Positions 26,047 through 38,185 of a DNA stretch of 64,000 nt are shown piece after piece. Numbering within the stretch: the first letter of the stretch is position 1; the number at the start of each line of letters is the position of its first letter. The position numbers and the translations under genes were made by a program. The notes under the pieces are model-generated. The model was not told where the DNA came from. It saw only the letters and a list, made by a program, of their open reading frames with translations, and did not search any database. The stretch lies in the NCBI RefSeq assembly GCF_963921235.1, contig NC_086109.1:15254001-15318000 (forward strand), written 5' to 3'. The stretch comes from Mobula hypostoma (lineage: Eukaryota).

Positions 26047-26304
26047 GGTGTGTTGGTCATTGATGCAAATGATGCATTTCACTGTATGTTTGGATGTTTC
26101 AACATACATGTGACAAACAAAGCTTGTGTCTTATCTGACTCACCTTGTGAAGTCTACATCCATTGAATGAATAAAAAGACAGTAGATGGAGAGACTTTGT
26201 GACATAAAAAACATCAAGCAGTATGGTGGAGAGGAGGATTATTGAGGATTGTTTATGACTGTATTAAATGAATGGGTTGTTCCAGTCACTGTTTTTCATG
26301 TTTT

Positions 26305-26797
26305 TGTCAGGACGCTGGAGCAGGAATCCAATCGCAGACCCAGTACTGTGCACACAGTAATATTAATTGACTAACAACTCCCGAGGTGCAAACAAAGTCA
26401 GCATCAAAGTTCAGGCAGAGATCAAAACATCCAGAGAAATTCAAAAACCAGGATCGGGAAACAGACAGAGTTGATATTCGGACGGATAGAGTACAGATAC
26501 AAATGCTGGAAAGGCTCAGGAGAATTCACTGGCACAATCTGGCAACAAACAGGTGAAAACACAGGACTGAAATACACTGAGCAATAAGCAGAGAGGCAGA
26601 TGATAGGTGGAGCACGATGAGACAGAAGTGGCAGCAAAACAGGTAATAATGAGAAACAGGTGAGAGACGGAGTACTCAGTAATACAGGGGCCGGAGTAGA
26701 GCAGGAGTGGGGACAGGAGCACATGGCAATACAAAACCACAGACTGACAGCTGGGGAAAACACACAAAAAGATGAAGATCAACTGGAGGTACTGACA
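26305..26797 (-). mobile_element. Solo LTR
   Basis: TGTCAG...CTGACA inverted termini; flanks GTTTT/GTTTC (5-bp TSD with one mismatch). Confidence 0.75.
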
Positions 26798-26809
26798 GTT
26801 TCAATATTT

Positions 26810-27950
26810 ATCCTTCTCACCTTAAAGCTATGTCCTTTCCTACTTGACATACATCTAGAAAAAAGATTCTCACTACCCTATCTATGTTTCTCAGAATTTT
26901 TACACACTTCATTCAGCTGCCCCTCAGCCACTGATGTTCCAGGGAAAACAGTCCAACTTTGTCCAATCTCTCCATCTAGCTATTGCTCCCTAATGTAGAC
27001 TCTTGTGGGTCTCTTTTGCACCTTGTCCATAACCTCCACATCCTCTTTGTAATGGGGTGACCAAGACTCACACAATGCTCCAAATGTGGCCAAACCAGTG
27101 TTTGATACAACTAGAACATGAATTGCTGACTTTTGTAATTTACAGCTCAATAAGGCAAGTATGCTTTACATCTTTCTTACACCCTATCTACTCGTGTTGC
27201 AACTTGCAGGGAGCAATGGACTTGCATCCCAAGATCCCTCTCTACGTTAGTGCTCCTATTGAACCTGCCAAAAACTCTGCACCGTTCTCGCATATTTGAT
27301 CTTACAAAGTGTAGCACCTCACACTTGTCAATTTAAATGCCAAAGCACAAGAGATTCTGTAAATCAGGGTTTCCCAACCTGGTGTCCATGGACCCCTCAT
27401 TAATGGGAAGGGGTCCATGGCATAAAAATGGTTGGGCACCCCTGCTTAAATACTGGAATTCTAGAGTAACACACACACACAAAATGCTGGAGGAACTTTG
27501 CAGGTCGGGCAGCATCTATGAAAAGGAATCAAGAATTGGCATTTCAGACTGACACCTTTGAAAGAGTCTCTAAGGCATCCTACATTGAATTCAATGCTGA
27601 TTGGCAACTCCTGCAACACTGCTAGTGCCAAACTGTATCTGTCTCTTCCTTATCTTTTAATTCATTAGCTGCATGGAGAGGGGGAGACTGCTGTACGGGC
27701 AACAACTTGCCCTCCATATTGTACTGCACTGGCTTGCATATACAGCTAAGATTCAACATCCATGGACAACCCTAACCAATGGAGGGGCCTCTACTCAGGA
27801 TTAAACTCCATCTGCCATTTCTCTGCCCATATCTTTAAGTAGTCTATATCCTGCTGAATCCTTTGACAATCTTCCTCTCTCTGCATGTCATCAGCAACTT
27901 ATGAATTGACCCACCCATACTATTGTCAAAATCATTTATACATATAATAC
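26810..27950 (-). mobile_element. Decayed CR1 with nested Penelope remnant, MITE and RTE-like piece
   Basis: CR1 antisense motifs (GGGGTGACCAAGAC, CCCAAGATCCCTC) resuming ~27795. Confidence 0.65.
27365..27444. mobile_element. 80-bp hAT MITE
   Basis: CAGGGTTTCCCAACC..GGTTGGGCACCCCTG; imperfect TSD CTGTAAAT/CTTAAAT. Confidence 0.85.
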
Positions 27951-28429
27951 AGCATCTTATATTTTTCTCTTTTCTAGAAAAAAGAAAGCCTCACTGCCTT
28001 ATGTCTTGATAGTTTTTTCCTGTTCGTTCCAAGCTGTCATTTTGCTGATATTACTTATTAATCATTCTGCATCTCTTTGGATATCTCTGAGATTTGCATC
28101 ACGAACTAGGAAAAAAATTCCTTAAAACTTTTTTTTTCATTGTACTCTCGAGTGTACTTCTTTAGCTGGTAAGAATTTGGAAGGAAATATATTGATTTGT
28201 CAACATCACTTGGTTACTTTAACATGGTTTTCAGCTGAAGAAATGTAATCCTGCCCAGACAAAATTGCTCTTTGTGACAGTGTGAAAATTAAAGCCCTAG
28301 ACACCTGAAACCAGCAAACTGAAGAATAAATATGGAAGAAAATGTAACAAATACAACCCTTTGGTTTTACTATTCCCCATGGTCAGTGCTAACCAATTTA
28401 ACCTGGTGGTTAATGCCAGTAGTCTCTGG

Positions 28430-31400
28430 AGTTGAATCAGACCAATATTCTTGTGGGCAGGTTTATTAGAACTGTTGGGGAGGGTTTAAACTAATTTGGC
28501 AAGGGGAAAGGAACTGGAATGAAGAGACACAGGATAGGACCAATGATAAAGAAAGCAAAGATAGCATGCTGTCAGACTGTTAGGAAGGGCAGGTTGATGA
28601 AAGTACAAAATTGCAACCAGCAGGGTGAGTATCAGTGCATTAGGGATGCAGAATCAAAAAGGGTAGTAAATACAGTACTCAAAGTGTTATATATCAATGC
28701 ATGGAGTATAAGAAATAAGGTGGATGATCTTGTTGCACTTTTACGATTGTCGGGTATGATGTTGTGGCCATCACTGAATTGTGGCAGAAGGATGGTTATA
28801 GTCGGGAGCTGAATGTCCAAGACTACACATTGTATCGGAGGGATAGGAAGGTAGGTAGAGGGAATGATGTGGAGCTGCTGGTAAAAGAATTGCATCAAAT
28901 CATTAGAAAGATGTGACATAGGATCGGAAGATGTTGAATCCTTGTGGGTTAAGTTAAGAAACTGCAAGTGTAAAAGGTCCCTGATGGCAGTTATATACAG
29001 GCTTCCAAATAATAGCTGAGATGTGGACTACAGATTTCAACAGGAAACAGAAAAGGTGTGTGAAAAGGACAATGTTATGATAGTCATGGGAGATTTTAAC
29101 CTGTAAGTAGATTGGGAAAATCAGTGATGGATCTCAAGAGAGTGATTTTTTTTTGAATGCCTGTGAGATTGCTTTTTAGAGCAGTTTGTCACTGAGCCTA
29201 CTAGGGGATCAGCTACACTCGATGACATACTGGGTGTTATGTAATGAACCAGAGGCAATTAGGGAGCTTAAGGTAAAGGAACGCTTAGGAGACAGTGATC
29301 ACAATATGATTGAGTTCAACCTGAAATTTGATAGGGAGAAAGTAAAGTCTGACGTAGCAGCATTTTGGTGGAGTAAAGGAAATTGCAGTGTATGAGAGAG
29401 GAGTTGGCCAAAGTAAATTGGAAGGAGATGTTGGCAGGGATGTCAGCAGAGCAGCAATGGCTTGAGTTTCTGGGGAAAATGAGGAAAGCACAGGATTGAT
29501 GTATTCCAAAATAAAGAATTACTCAAATAGCAAAATACTACAACCATCGCTGACAGTGGAGGTCAAAGCTAATGTAAAAGCAAAAGAGAGGGCATACAAC
29601 AAAGCAAAAATTAGTGGGAAGATTGAGGACTGAGAAGCTGTTAAAAACCTACAGAAAGCAACTAAAAGAATCATTAAGAAGGAAAGATGAAATATGAAAG
29701 CAAGCTAGCAAACAATATCAGGGTGGATAGAAACAGCTTTTTCAAGTATATAAAAAATAAGAGAGATGAGAGTGGATATAGGACCGCTAGAAAATGAGGC
29801 CAGAGAAACGATAACAAGGGACAAGGAGATGGCAGATGAACTAAATGAGTATTATGCATCAGTCTTCAATGTGGAAGGCACTAGCAGTGTATCAGGTGTT
29901 GAAGGGTGTGAGGGAAGAGAAGTGAGTGCAGTTATTATTACAAGAGAAAAGGTGCTCACAAAGCTGAAAGACCTAAAAGTGCATAAGTCACCCGGACCAG
30001 ATGAACTGTACCTGAGGGTTCTGAAAGATGTACCTGTAGAGATTGTGGAGGCATTAATAATGGTCTTTCAAGAATCATTGGACTCTGGTAGGGTGCTAGA
30101 GGAATGGAGAATTGCAAATGTCACTCCACTCTGTAAGAAAGGAGGAAGGCAGCAGAAAGGAATTTATAGACTGGTTATTCTGACCTCAGTGGTTGCAATG
30201 ATGTTGGAGTCAAATGTTAAGGATGAGGTTATGGAGTACTTGGTGACACAGGACAAGATAGGAAAAAGTCAGTATGGTTTCCTTAAGGGAAACTCTTGCC
30301 TGATGAACCTTTTGGAATTTTCTTAGGAGATTACAATTAGGATAGATAAAGGGGATGTAGTGGATGTATATTTGAATTTTCAGAAGGCCTTTGACAAGGT
30401 GCTACAAGTGAAGCTGCTAACCAAGTTAAGTGTCCATGGTATTACAGGAAAGTTACTAGCATGTTTATAGCATTGGCTGATTGGTAGGAGGCAGCAATTG
30501 GGAATAAAAGGATCCTTTTTGGGTTGGCTGCCAGCAGCTAGTGGTGTTCCACAGGGGTTGGTATTGCGACCGTTTCTTTTGATGCTGTATATCAATGATT
30601 TAGATCATGGAATAGATGGCTTTCTTGTCAAGTTTGCAGATGATATGAAGATTGGTGGAGGGGCAGGTAGTGTTGAAGAAACAGGTAGGCTGCCGAAGGA
30701 CTTAAGCAAATTAGGAGAATGGGCAAGAAAGTGGCAAATGAAATACAATGTTGGAAAATGCATGGTCATGCACTTTATAGAAGAAATAAATGTACAGACT
30801 GATTTCTAAATGGGGAAAAATCCAGAAATCTGAGGTGTAAAGGGACTTGGGAGTCCTTGTGCAGAACACCCTAGAAGTTAATTTGCAGGTAGCGTCAGTG
30901 GTGAGGAAGGCAAATGCAATGTTAACATTCATTTCAAGAGGTCTAGAATACAAGAGCGAGGATGTGATACTGAGGCTTTAAAAGGCACTAGTGAGGCCTC
31001 ATCTTAAGTATTGCGAATGGTTTTGGGCTCATCATCTAGCAAAGGTGCGCGGGCATTGAAAAGAGCTCAAAGGAGGTTCCAAGATGATTCCAGGAATGAA
31101 AGGGTTATCATATGAGGACAGTTTGATGACTCTGGGCCTATACTCATTGGAATTTAGAAGGATGAGGGTGGATCTAATTGAAACCTTTTGAACGTTGAAA
31201 GGACTAGACACAGTAGATGTGGATAGGATGTTTCCCATGGTGGGAGAGTCTAGGACAAGGGGACACATTCTCAGGATAGAGGGGTGTCCATTTAAAACAG
31301 AGATGCGGAGAAATTTCTTTTGCCAGAGAATGGTGAATTTGTGGATCTGGTTACAGCTGTGGAAGCAAGGTTGTTTGGCGTATTTAAGGCAGAAATTGAT

Positions 31401-31500
31401 GGGCTCTTGATTGGCCATGGCATCAAAAGTTATAGGGAGAATGGTGGAGCAGGCTCAATGGACTAAATGGCCTAATTCTGCTCCTATGTCTTATGGTCTT
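28430..31500 (+). pseudogene. Near-complete, disabled CR1 ORF2 (AP endonuclease + RT)
   Basis: VLYINAWSIRNK, GDFN, LGDSDHN, KSPGPDE, SGVPQG, YINDL, KFADD, FFCQRMVNLW, then a 3' UTR ending TCTTATGGTCTT; multiple stops and frameshifts. Confidence 0.95.
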
Positions 31501-31504
31501 ATAT

Positions 31505-31960
31505 AATCAAGTTTAATATCACTAGCATTCTGTATGTTGTGAAATTTTTTTGCTGCAGCAGTATGGTGCAATTTATAAAGTAATAACTGTACATTACAAT
31601 AAGAATATATATATATCTATATATGAATTAAATTTAGTAAGTAGTTTAAAAAGCAAAAAAAAAGAAAAAATAGTGAGGTAATTTTTAAAGGTTAAAAAGA
31701 ATGCAAGTTGGTATACATGGGTTCATTGTCCACTCAACAATCTGATGGCGCAGGGGAAGAAGTTGTTCCTAAAATATTGAGCGTGTGTCTTCAGGCTTCT
31801 GTACCTCCTCTTTAATGGTAGCAATGAGAAGAGGGTGTGTCTTGGGTGATGGGATGGGGGGGGTTCTTTAAAAATGGATGCAGCCTCTTTGAGGCATTGT
31901 CCTTTTGAAGATGTTCTCGATGCTCTAATACTTTCATAATACCATGATATTTCCATCACA
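31505..31960 (-). mobile_element. Rex1/Babar 3' fragment
   Basis: HPRHTLFSLLPLKRRYRSLKTH..FFPCAIRLL. Confidence 0.8.
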
Positions 31961-32384
31961 GCACAATGTGCCAGTTATTCTGACTTGTATCAATGTATTA
32001 AGGTGACTTGTAGGAATTCCCCAAACTCATGAGATAGGTCGAGATTGAAATCTTGCATGACAGTACAAGGCCATTTGCCCCATTGTGTCCCATGTTGATT
32101 GAAACAATCTATGTGACATATTTCTCCTTTTGGGCTATGCATGCTCATCTGATTGGTTGGCTCTCACCTCCCATGGAACCTAGTGCCTAATTCCCCTATC
32201 TTTAATGTCTGCTGGTAGCTTCTCCACAATTCTTTGGATGCATCATGAATCGAGGAGCATTTCTTGCTCTTGACCTTGCTAAAGCTCATTCTGCTTCAGC
32301 CATATTTGTAGAAAAAATGAATGGCTCCTCTTTCATTTATTTATAATTTAAAAGGACAGGAGATGAAATTCCTTCCTCTCAGGA

Positions 32385-32770
32385 TATAGAGCATAGAACA
32401 TTGCAGCACAGTACAGCCCCTTCAATCCACGATGTTGTGCTGACATTTTAACCTACTCAAAGATCAATCTAACCCCTCCTTCCTACATAGCCCTCCATTT
32501 TTCCATCATCCATGTGCCTATCTGAGAGTTTCTTAAATCTCCCTAATGTATCTGCCTCTGCCACCACCCCTGACTACACACTCACTATTCTCTGTGTAAA
32601 AATACTCCCCTATACTTTCCTCCAATGCCCTCCATTATGCCTCCTCATATGAGCCATCTTGGCTCTTTGAAAACGTCTCTGGCTGTTCACTCAATCCATG
32701 TCTCTTGTACACATCTATCAAGTCACCATTCATCCTCCTTCTCTCCAAGGAGAAATGCCTTAGATCCTTC
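32385..32770 (-). mobile_element. CR1 3' end
   Basis: Antisense CR1 3' motifs, same family as 9430-10105. Confidence 0.75.
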
Positions 32771-34513
32771 TATTCCTCCACAGTGCTAAAAATCATGTAT
32801 GTAGCTGCAAGAAAATGAATCTCGAGGTAGTGAATGGCGATATATGTACTTTGATAATAAATTTACTTTGACTTTGATCTAAGCATTGGATTAAGTGTTG
32901 GAGGAGGTGCGCCGACAACCCAGATGGAGAAGAAGACAATCCTTTGGGCACTTTGGAAGCACAGCTTGTAGTTATGTAGCTTGCCACTGCGAGGAACAAT
33001 TTGCTTCAACCTGAGGTGATGAGTTTAACAATGAATCATTGGCAAACGTGGAATTTTTGGAGTGGTGGTTTAATATTTCTTTCGAAAGATGAGTCCTGGG
33101 ATAATGCAACTCTCCTGTAATGAGGTATGAATCTGAAATTTGTGTTGAAGTCTTTGTAGTGAGCTTTGAAACTTGTGACATCTTGTCTTGTAGAAAGGAG
33201 AGCTACAACTGAGCCAGGGCCTAATGCCATATACCAGTTTTGTGTAGACTTTAGTATCTGCAAAGAGGGGCAACTGTATCTTGCCATACCACATCTTCCT
33301 CCTGTCACTGCAGGGCTCACCTCTGCATTTTGAACCTGTGAATGTACTGGTGCTTTCAAAAATGTAGCTTCACTTCCACCTGAACATCATGTACCGCTGG
33401 CATGGATTTTAAATTGCTCCACATTGTTGCAGAACAATGCATTGCCAGTTTTTTCTGGTGAATTACTTTGATCATAAATGTCAACTGCTTTTTCCCCTCC
33501 ATAGATGGTGCCCAAGTGGCTGAGTTCCTCCAGCACTTTGTGTGTGCTGCTTAAGATCTCCAGCCTCTGCAGAATCTCTTGTGTTTACAATTTATCTGGT
33601 GCAGCCTTGTTTAAGATATAGAATACTTGCTTGAAAATGGCATGAATTTTATTGCCTGCCTCAGCAATAACAGTAGGTCAACAGACAGAGAAGCATCTAC
33701 CTGTGATGGATGTTATGTTCAGCCAGTTTCTCATGCAATCCATGATGAAGAGGAACAAAGCTCTTGCCTTTATCTAAACTTTCAGAAAATAAATCTGAAA
33801 TAAAAATGCACAAAAGGAAAATTAAGGAATATGATGGATTAGCATTTGGAGTAAATCACTTTGCCAAGAGTTCTGCACTGTTTTTAAATCATGTTATTAT
33901 TGGATCCTTTTCCTGGCATCTAAAGTTGTTTTCTTCTGGCAGATTGATTTTAATTGCTCTGCTGTCTCTCTCCATGCATTGTCACATATCTGATCCACAT
34001 TGGTATCAAAATTAGCAGACCATCTCTTAAGCAACTCATTCATTATTAATTCCACCTCCTGTTCAGTGAGCTAGGCTTGAGAGGAAACCACATTTTGCCA
34101 TTTTGGGCTGTTGCAGGAGCATGCTGTCAGGCCAGTAAACTAATTAACACAAATATTGGCATCAATCTGAATATGTTGGTTTAATTTACTGCAGGTTGTA
34201 AATAACCATTTGAGAATGTGGAAATGAGAAGTTAGAAGAATCATCTGGCATATCCAACATGAGGCAGTGTCTATTTTCTCCTGATTAATTTTGGCAATAT
34301 TTAACTCTTGTCAATTGATGAAATGAAGTATCAGGATATCGAAGAACATGGAAAAATACAATACAGTCCTCGGCTCACAATGCACCAAGTTAATTAACTA
34401 GTAATTAAATACCTAATTTAACAAATCCCTACAGCCAACACTATGACCATGTCCCTGCGTTCTTGCATAGAACCCCTTAGTTGTCTCTATTGTGTATATC
34501 TCCTCTACCACCT

Positions 34514-34795
34514 AGAGACGGTGGAACATGTGATCATGGTGTGCCACAGAGATTCATTGGAATGTGGTTTAGACAATTGTTGGGTAAATCTGAGATGCCT
34601 AGTTTTCAGGGTATTCTGGCACCTAAGACAGAGACGATTAAGTCATTTAGGGCCTTGGTGAACTTTTTAATTAAAACAGGTTTGGGAGGTAATATCTGAT
34701 CCACGTCACGGCTCCTGTCATACTCCATTACAGTAGGTGGCGGTAATGCACCTTCCTGATAGATACGAGCTGCTATTAGCTCTAAAGAAGAAGAA
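34514..34795 (+). mobile_element. I/Nimb-like LINE 3' end inserted in CR1
   Basis: ETVEHVIMVC zinc-knuckle half; ALVNFLIKTGL; 3' UTR CAGTAGGTGGCGGTAATGCACC; (GAA)n tail; TSD CTCCTCTACCACCT/CTCCTTTACCACCT. Confidence 0.75.
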
Positions 34796-35049
34796 TCCTC
34801 CTTTACCACCTTGGGAGTGCATTCCAGTTACCCACCACTCTGTGTAAAAGCAAACTTGCCCCATGCACCTGTTTTGAATTAAGTCCCTCTCACCTCAAGT
34901 GTGTGCCCTCTACAATTGGACATTTCAGCAACTGGCTGTCCAATACTATGTATGTCTCTCATAATTTTATAAACTTCTATCAGGCCACTCTCGGTCCCTG
35001 TCATTCCCATTAAAAAAACAACTCACGTTTGTCCAACTGCTCCTTTGTA

Positions 35050-36640
35050 ATTTTCCCATATCACAATAGGTCTATAGCGAATGCAATTTCACTGGCTCTC
35101 CACTCACTGGCCTTGGTACACCTGGACAATACCAATACCTACGTCAGACTGCTGTATTAATTACAGCTCAGCGTTCAACACCAGCATGTCTTCAGTAATA
35201 ATCAACAAGCTCCAAAACCTGGGCCTCTGTACCTTCATCTGCAACTGGATCCTTGACTTCCTCACTGGCAGTTCATAGTCAGTGTGGATCTGAGATAACA
35301 TGTCCTCCTTGCTGACAGTTAATGTTAATACACTTCAAGGACATAAGGTTAGCCCACTGTTCTACTCTCCCCTACACCCATGATTATGTGGTCTGGCACA
35401 GCACAAACACCATCTGTAAATCGGCTGATGACACAACTATTATTGGCAGCGTTTCAGCTGGTGAAGAGGAGGCATACAGGAGTCCATCCATTAAGGAGTC
35501 TCATCCCCAGCCCTTCTTCTCATTCCTACCATAAAGCAGGAGGTACAGGAGCCTGAAGGCACACACTCAATGTTTCAGGAACAGCTTCTTCTAACTTCTC
35601 ATTTCTGAGTGGACAATGAACCTATGTACACTACCTCAAATTCTTATTGCAATTTATAGGTTTTTTAAAAATCATTATAGATTGCACTGTACAGTAAAGG
35701 TGTTAACTTGCATTGGTTATATAAAACAGATATGAACAATAATTGGTTTTCCATATGGGAAAGAGAGCAAGTATATATGTATGTGTTGTCCTTGATTAGT
35801 GAGAGTGTCAAAGGTTATTGGGAGAAGGCAGGAAAATGGGGTCAAGAGGGATAATAAATCAGCCATGATAGAATGGTGGAGAAGACTCAATGGGCCAAAT
35901 GGCCCAATTCTGCTCCTGTGTCTTATGGTCTTAAAATAATAAATTTCATGACATATACCAGTGATATTAAACCTGATTCTGATTCTCGCTCAAATCCAGG
36001 CAGCATCCTGGTACAATTCTACTGCACCCTCTCCAGAGCCTTCACATCTTTCCTGTAATGGGGTGACCAGAACTGAATGCAATAGTCTTGATGTGGCCTA
36101 ACCAGAGTTTTATAACTTCCCGATTCTTGAACTCAGTGCTTCAACAAAGAAAGGCAACCATGTCATACAACTTCTTCACCAGCTTATCAGTCTGTGTAGC
36201 TAGTTTCAGGAGCTATGGACTTGGACCCTTAAAAACCTCTGTCTATCAATGCTTTTCAAGCTCCTGCCATTTACTGGACTGTACGTTTTGTATTTTAACT
36301 CCAATGTGCAACACCTCACACTTGGCTGGATTAAACTCTATCTGTTATTCTCTCCCTGCATTTTTAACTGATCTATATCCTGTTGTCTTCTTTGTCAATC
36401 TCCTACTCTATCCATAACACCACCAACCTGTGGATCATCTTCGAGCTGGCCAACCCACTCGTCCATGTTGCATCACAAACATCAGATATCCTAGCATGAA
36501 CCCCTGTGGAACATCACTAGCCATGGATCTCCAGCCTGAATAAGTCCTGTTGACTATTAGCCTCGGTCTTCTATAGACAAGCCAATTCTGAATCCAGATG
36601 GCCAAGGCATCACAAATCCAATGCATCTTAATCATCTACG
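35050..36640. mobile_element. Mosaic of Rex RT (+, 35050-35700) and CR1 fragments (35790-36640)
   Basis: [24 protein letters not shown]; minus IWIQNWL..SDVPQG. Confidence 0.8.
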
Positions 36641-36837
36641 AAATCTATTCAATGTATTTCTTGAATCAGTGATAAATATTCACTCCTAGAGCACTTTCAC
36701 CACTTGTCATACTGCAGGACATTTCACTGACTCTTCACCCTTGATATTATGGTGAGGATTTGGTCCATAATGACAGACTGGGAAGCTCATTGAACTCAAC
36801 TATTTTATTGTGATAAACATAAAACAGATGGGGTACC

Positions 36838-37005
36838 AGCACTCACAACACGCCGGAGGAACTCAGCAGGTCGGGCAGCATCCGTGGAAAAGATCGGTTG
36901 ATGTTTCAGGCCAGAACCCTTCGTCAGGACTGTAGAGGGAAGGGGCACAGGCCCTATAAAGAAGGTGGGGGGAGGGTGGGAAGGAGAAGGCTGGTAGGTT
37001 CCAGA
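36838..37005 (-). mobile_element. Penelope-like terminal-repeat fragment with hammerhead motif
   Basis: Minus 36896-36931: AGTC-CTGACGA-AGGGTTCTGGCCT-GAAA-CATC. Confidence 0.75.
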
Positions 37006-37289
37006 ACCCATTAAAACAAAAAAGACCACCTAACATCCAATGTGCAGAGAGCAAACTAACAAATTGCACAAACAGTAGAAGTAAGCAAATAGCATTCAGA
37101 ACTGAAGTTCACAAAAGTCGGGCATTTTTGCAGCTGAGTCAGAAGCTCGTTAGTTGCAGGTCACAACCTCAGTTCATTGCAGAGGTGAATAAACCTTGAG
37201 GAACAGCGTGATGAACTGGCATGTCCTTTGCCTCTAGCCGAGACACCCTGACCTTTTCAATCTGGCCTAGCGCTTAGATCGCCCCCCAA

Positions 37290-38185
37290 CTACAGACCGG
37301 TAGTGTTGAGGAAGTAGGGAGTCTTAGACGGATTGGGAGAATGAGCAAAGAAGTGGCAGATGGAATATAGTGTAGGGAAGTGTATGGTCATGCGTTTTGG
37401 TAGGAGGAATAAAGACCAAAAGATGCAGGATACCATAAGATATAGGAGCTGAATTAGGCTATCTGATCCATCGAGTCTTCTTCACCTCTTCATTTGGCTG
37501 ATTCAGTTTTCCTCTCAGCCCCATTCTCCAGCCCTCTCCCCATATCCTTTCATGCCTTGACCAACCAAGAATGTATCAACCTCTGCCTTAGATATACGTT
37601 TGTACATAAAGGCTTGGCCTCCACAGCTGCCCATGGCAAAGAATTCACAGATTCACCACTCTCTGGCTAAAGAAATTCCTCCTCATCTCCATTCTAAGTG
37701 GATGCCCCTCTATTCTGAGGCTGTGTCCTCTTTAGTCAGAGGGTAGTGAGTCTGTGAAGTTCATTGCCATAGATGGCTGTGGAGGCTAATTCATTGAGTA
37801 TATTTAAAGCAGGGGTTGATAGGTTCTTGATTAGTTTGGGAGTCAAAGGTTATGGGAAGAAGGCAGGAGAATGGGGTTGAGTGGGATAATGTGTTAGCCA
37901 TGATGGAATACTGGAGAAAACTCAATCGGCTGCATGGTCTAATTCTGCTCCTATGTCTTATGGTCCCACCATCCTATACACAAAGAATAGTAAGTGCATG
38001 GAACGCTCTATCAGGGTGGTGGTAGAGGGAGATACTTCCAGGACTTCTAAGAGATTCTTAGATAGGCACAGGAATAAAAGAAAAGCAGAGGCCTTTGCAG
38101 GAGAGATTGTTCGATTGATATTAGAGTAACTTAAAAGGTTGGCACAACATTGTGGGCTGAAGGACTGTGTTCTATGTTCTATTAT
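37290..38185. mobile_element. Cluster of CR1 fragments on both strands
   Basis: KWQMEY..KCMVM; CR1 3' UTRs at ~37435 (minus), ~37965 (plus) and ~38180 (plus). Confidence 0.75.

Noticed and set aside
32900..33360. Host exon in overlapping minus-strand ORFs
   Set aside because: No recognisable protein or splice frame; more likely a very old RTE-like remnant, but unsupported.
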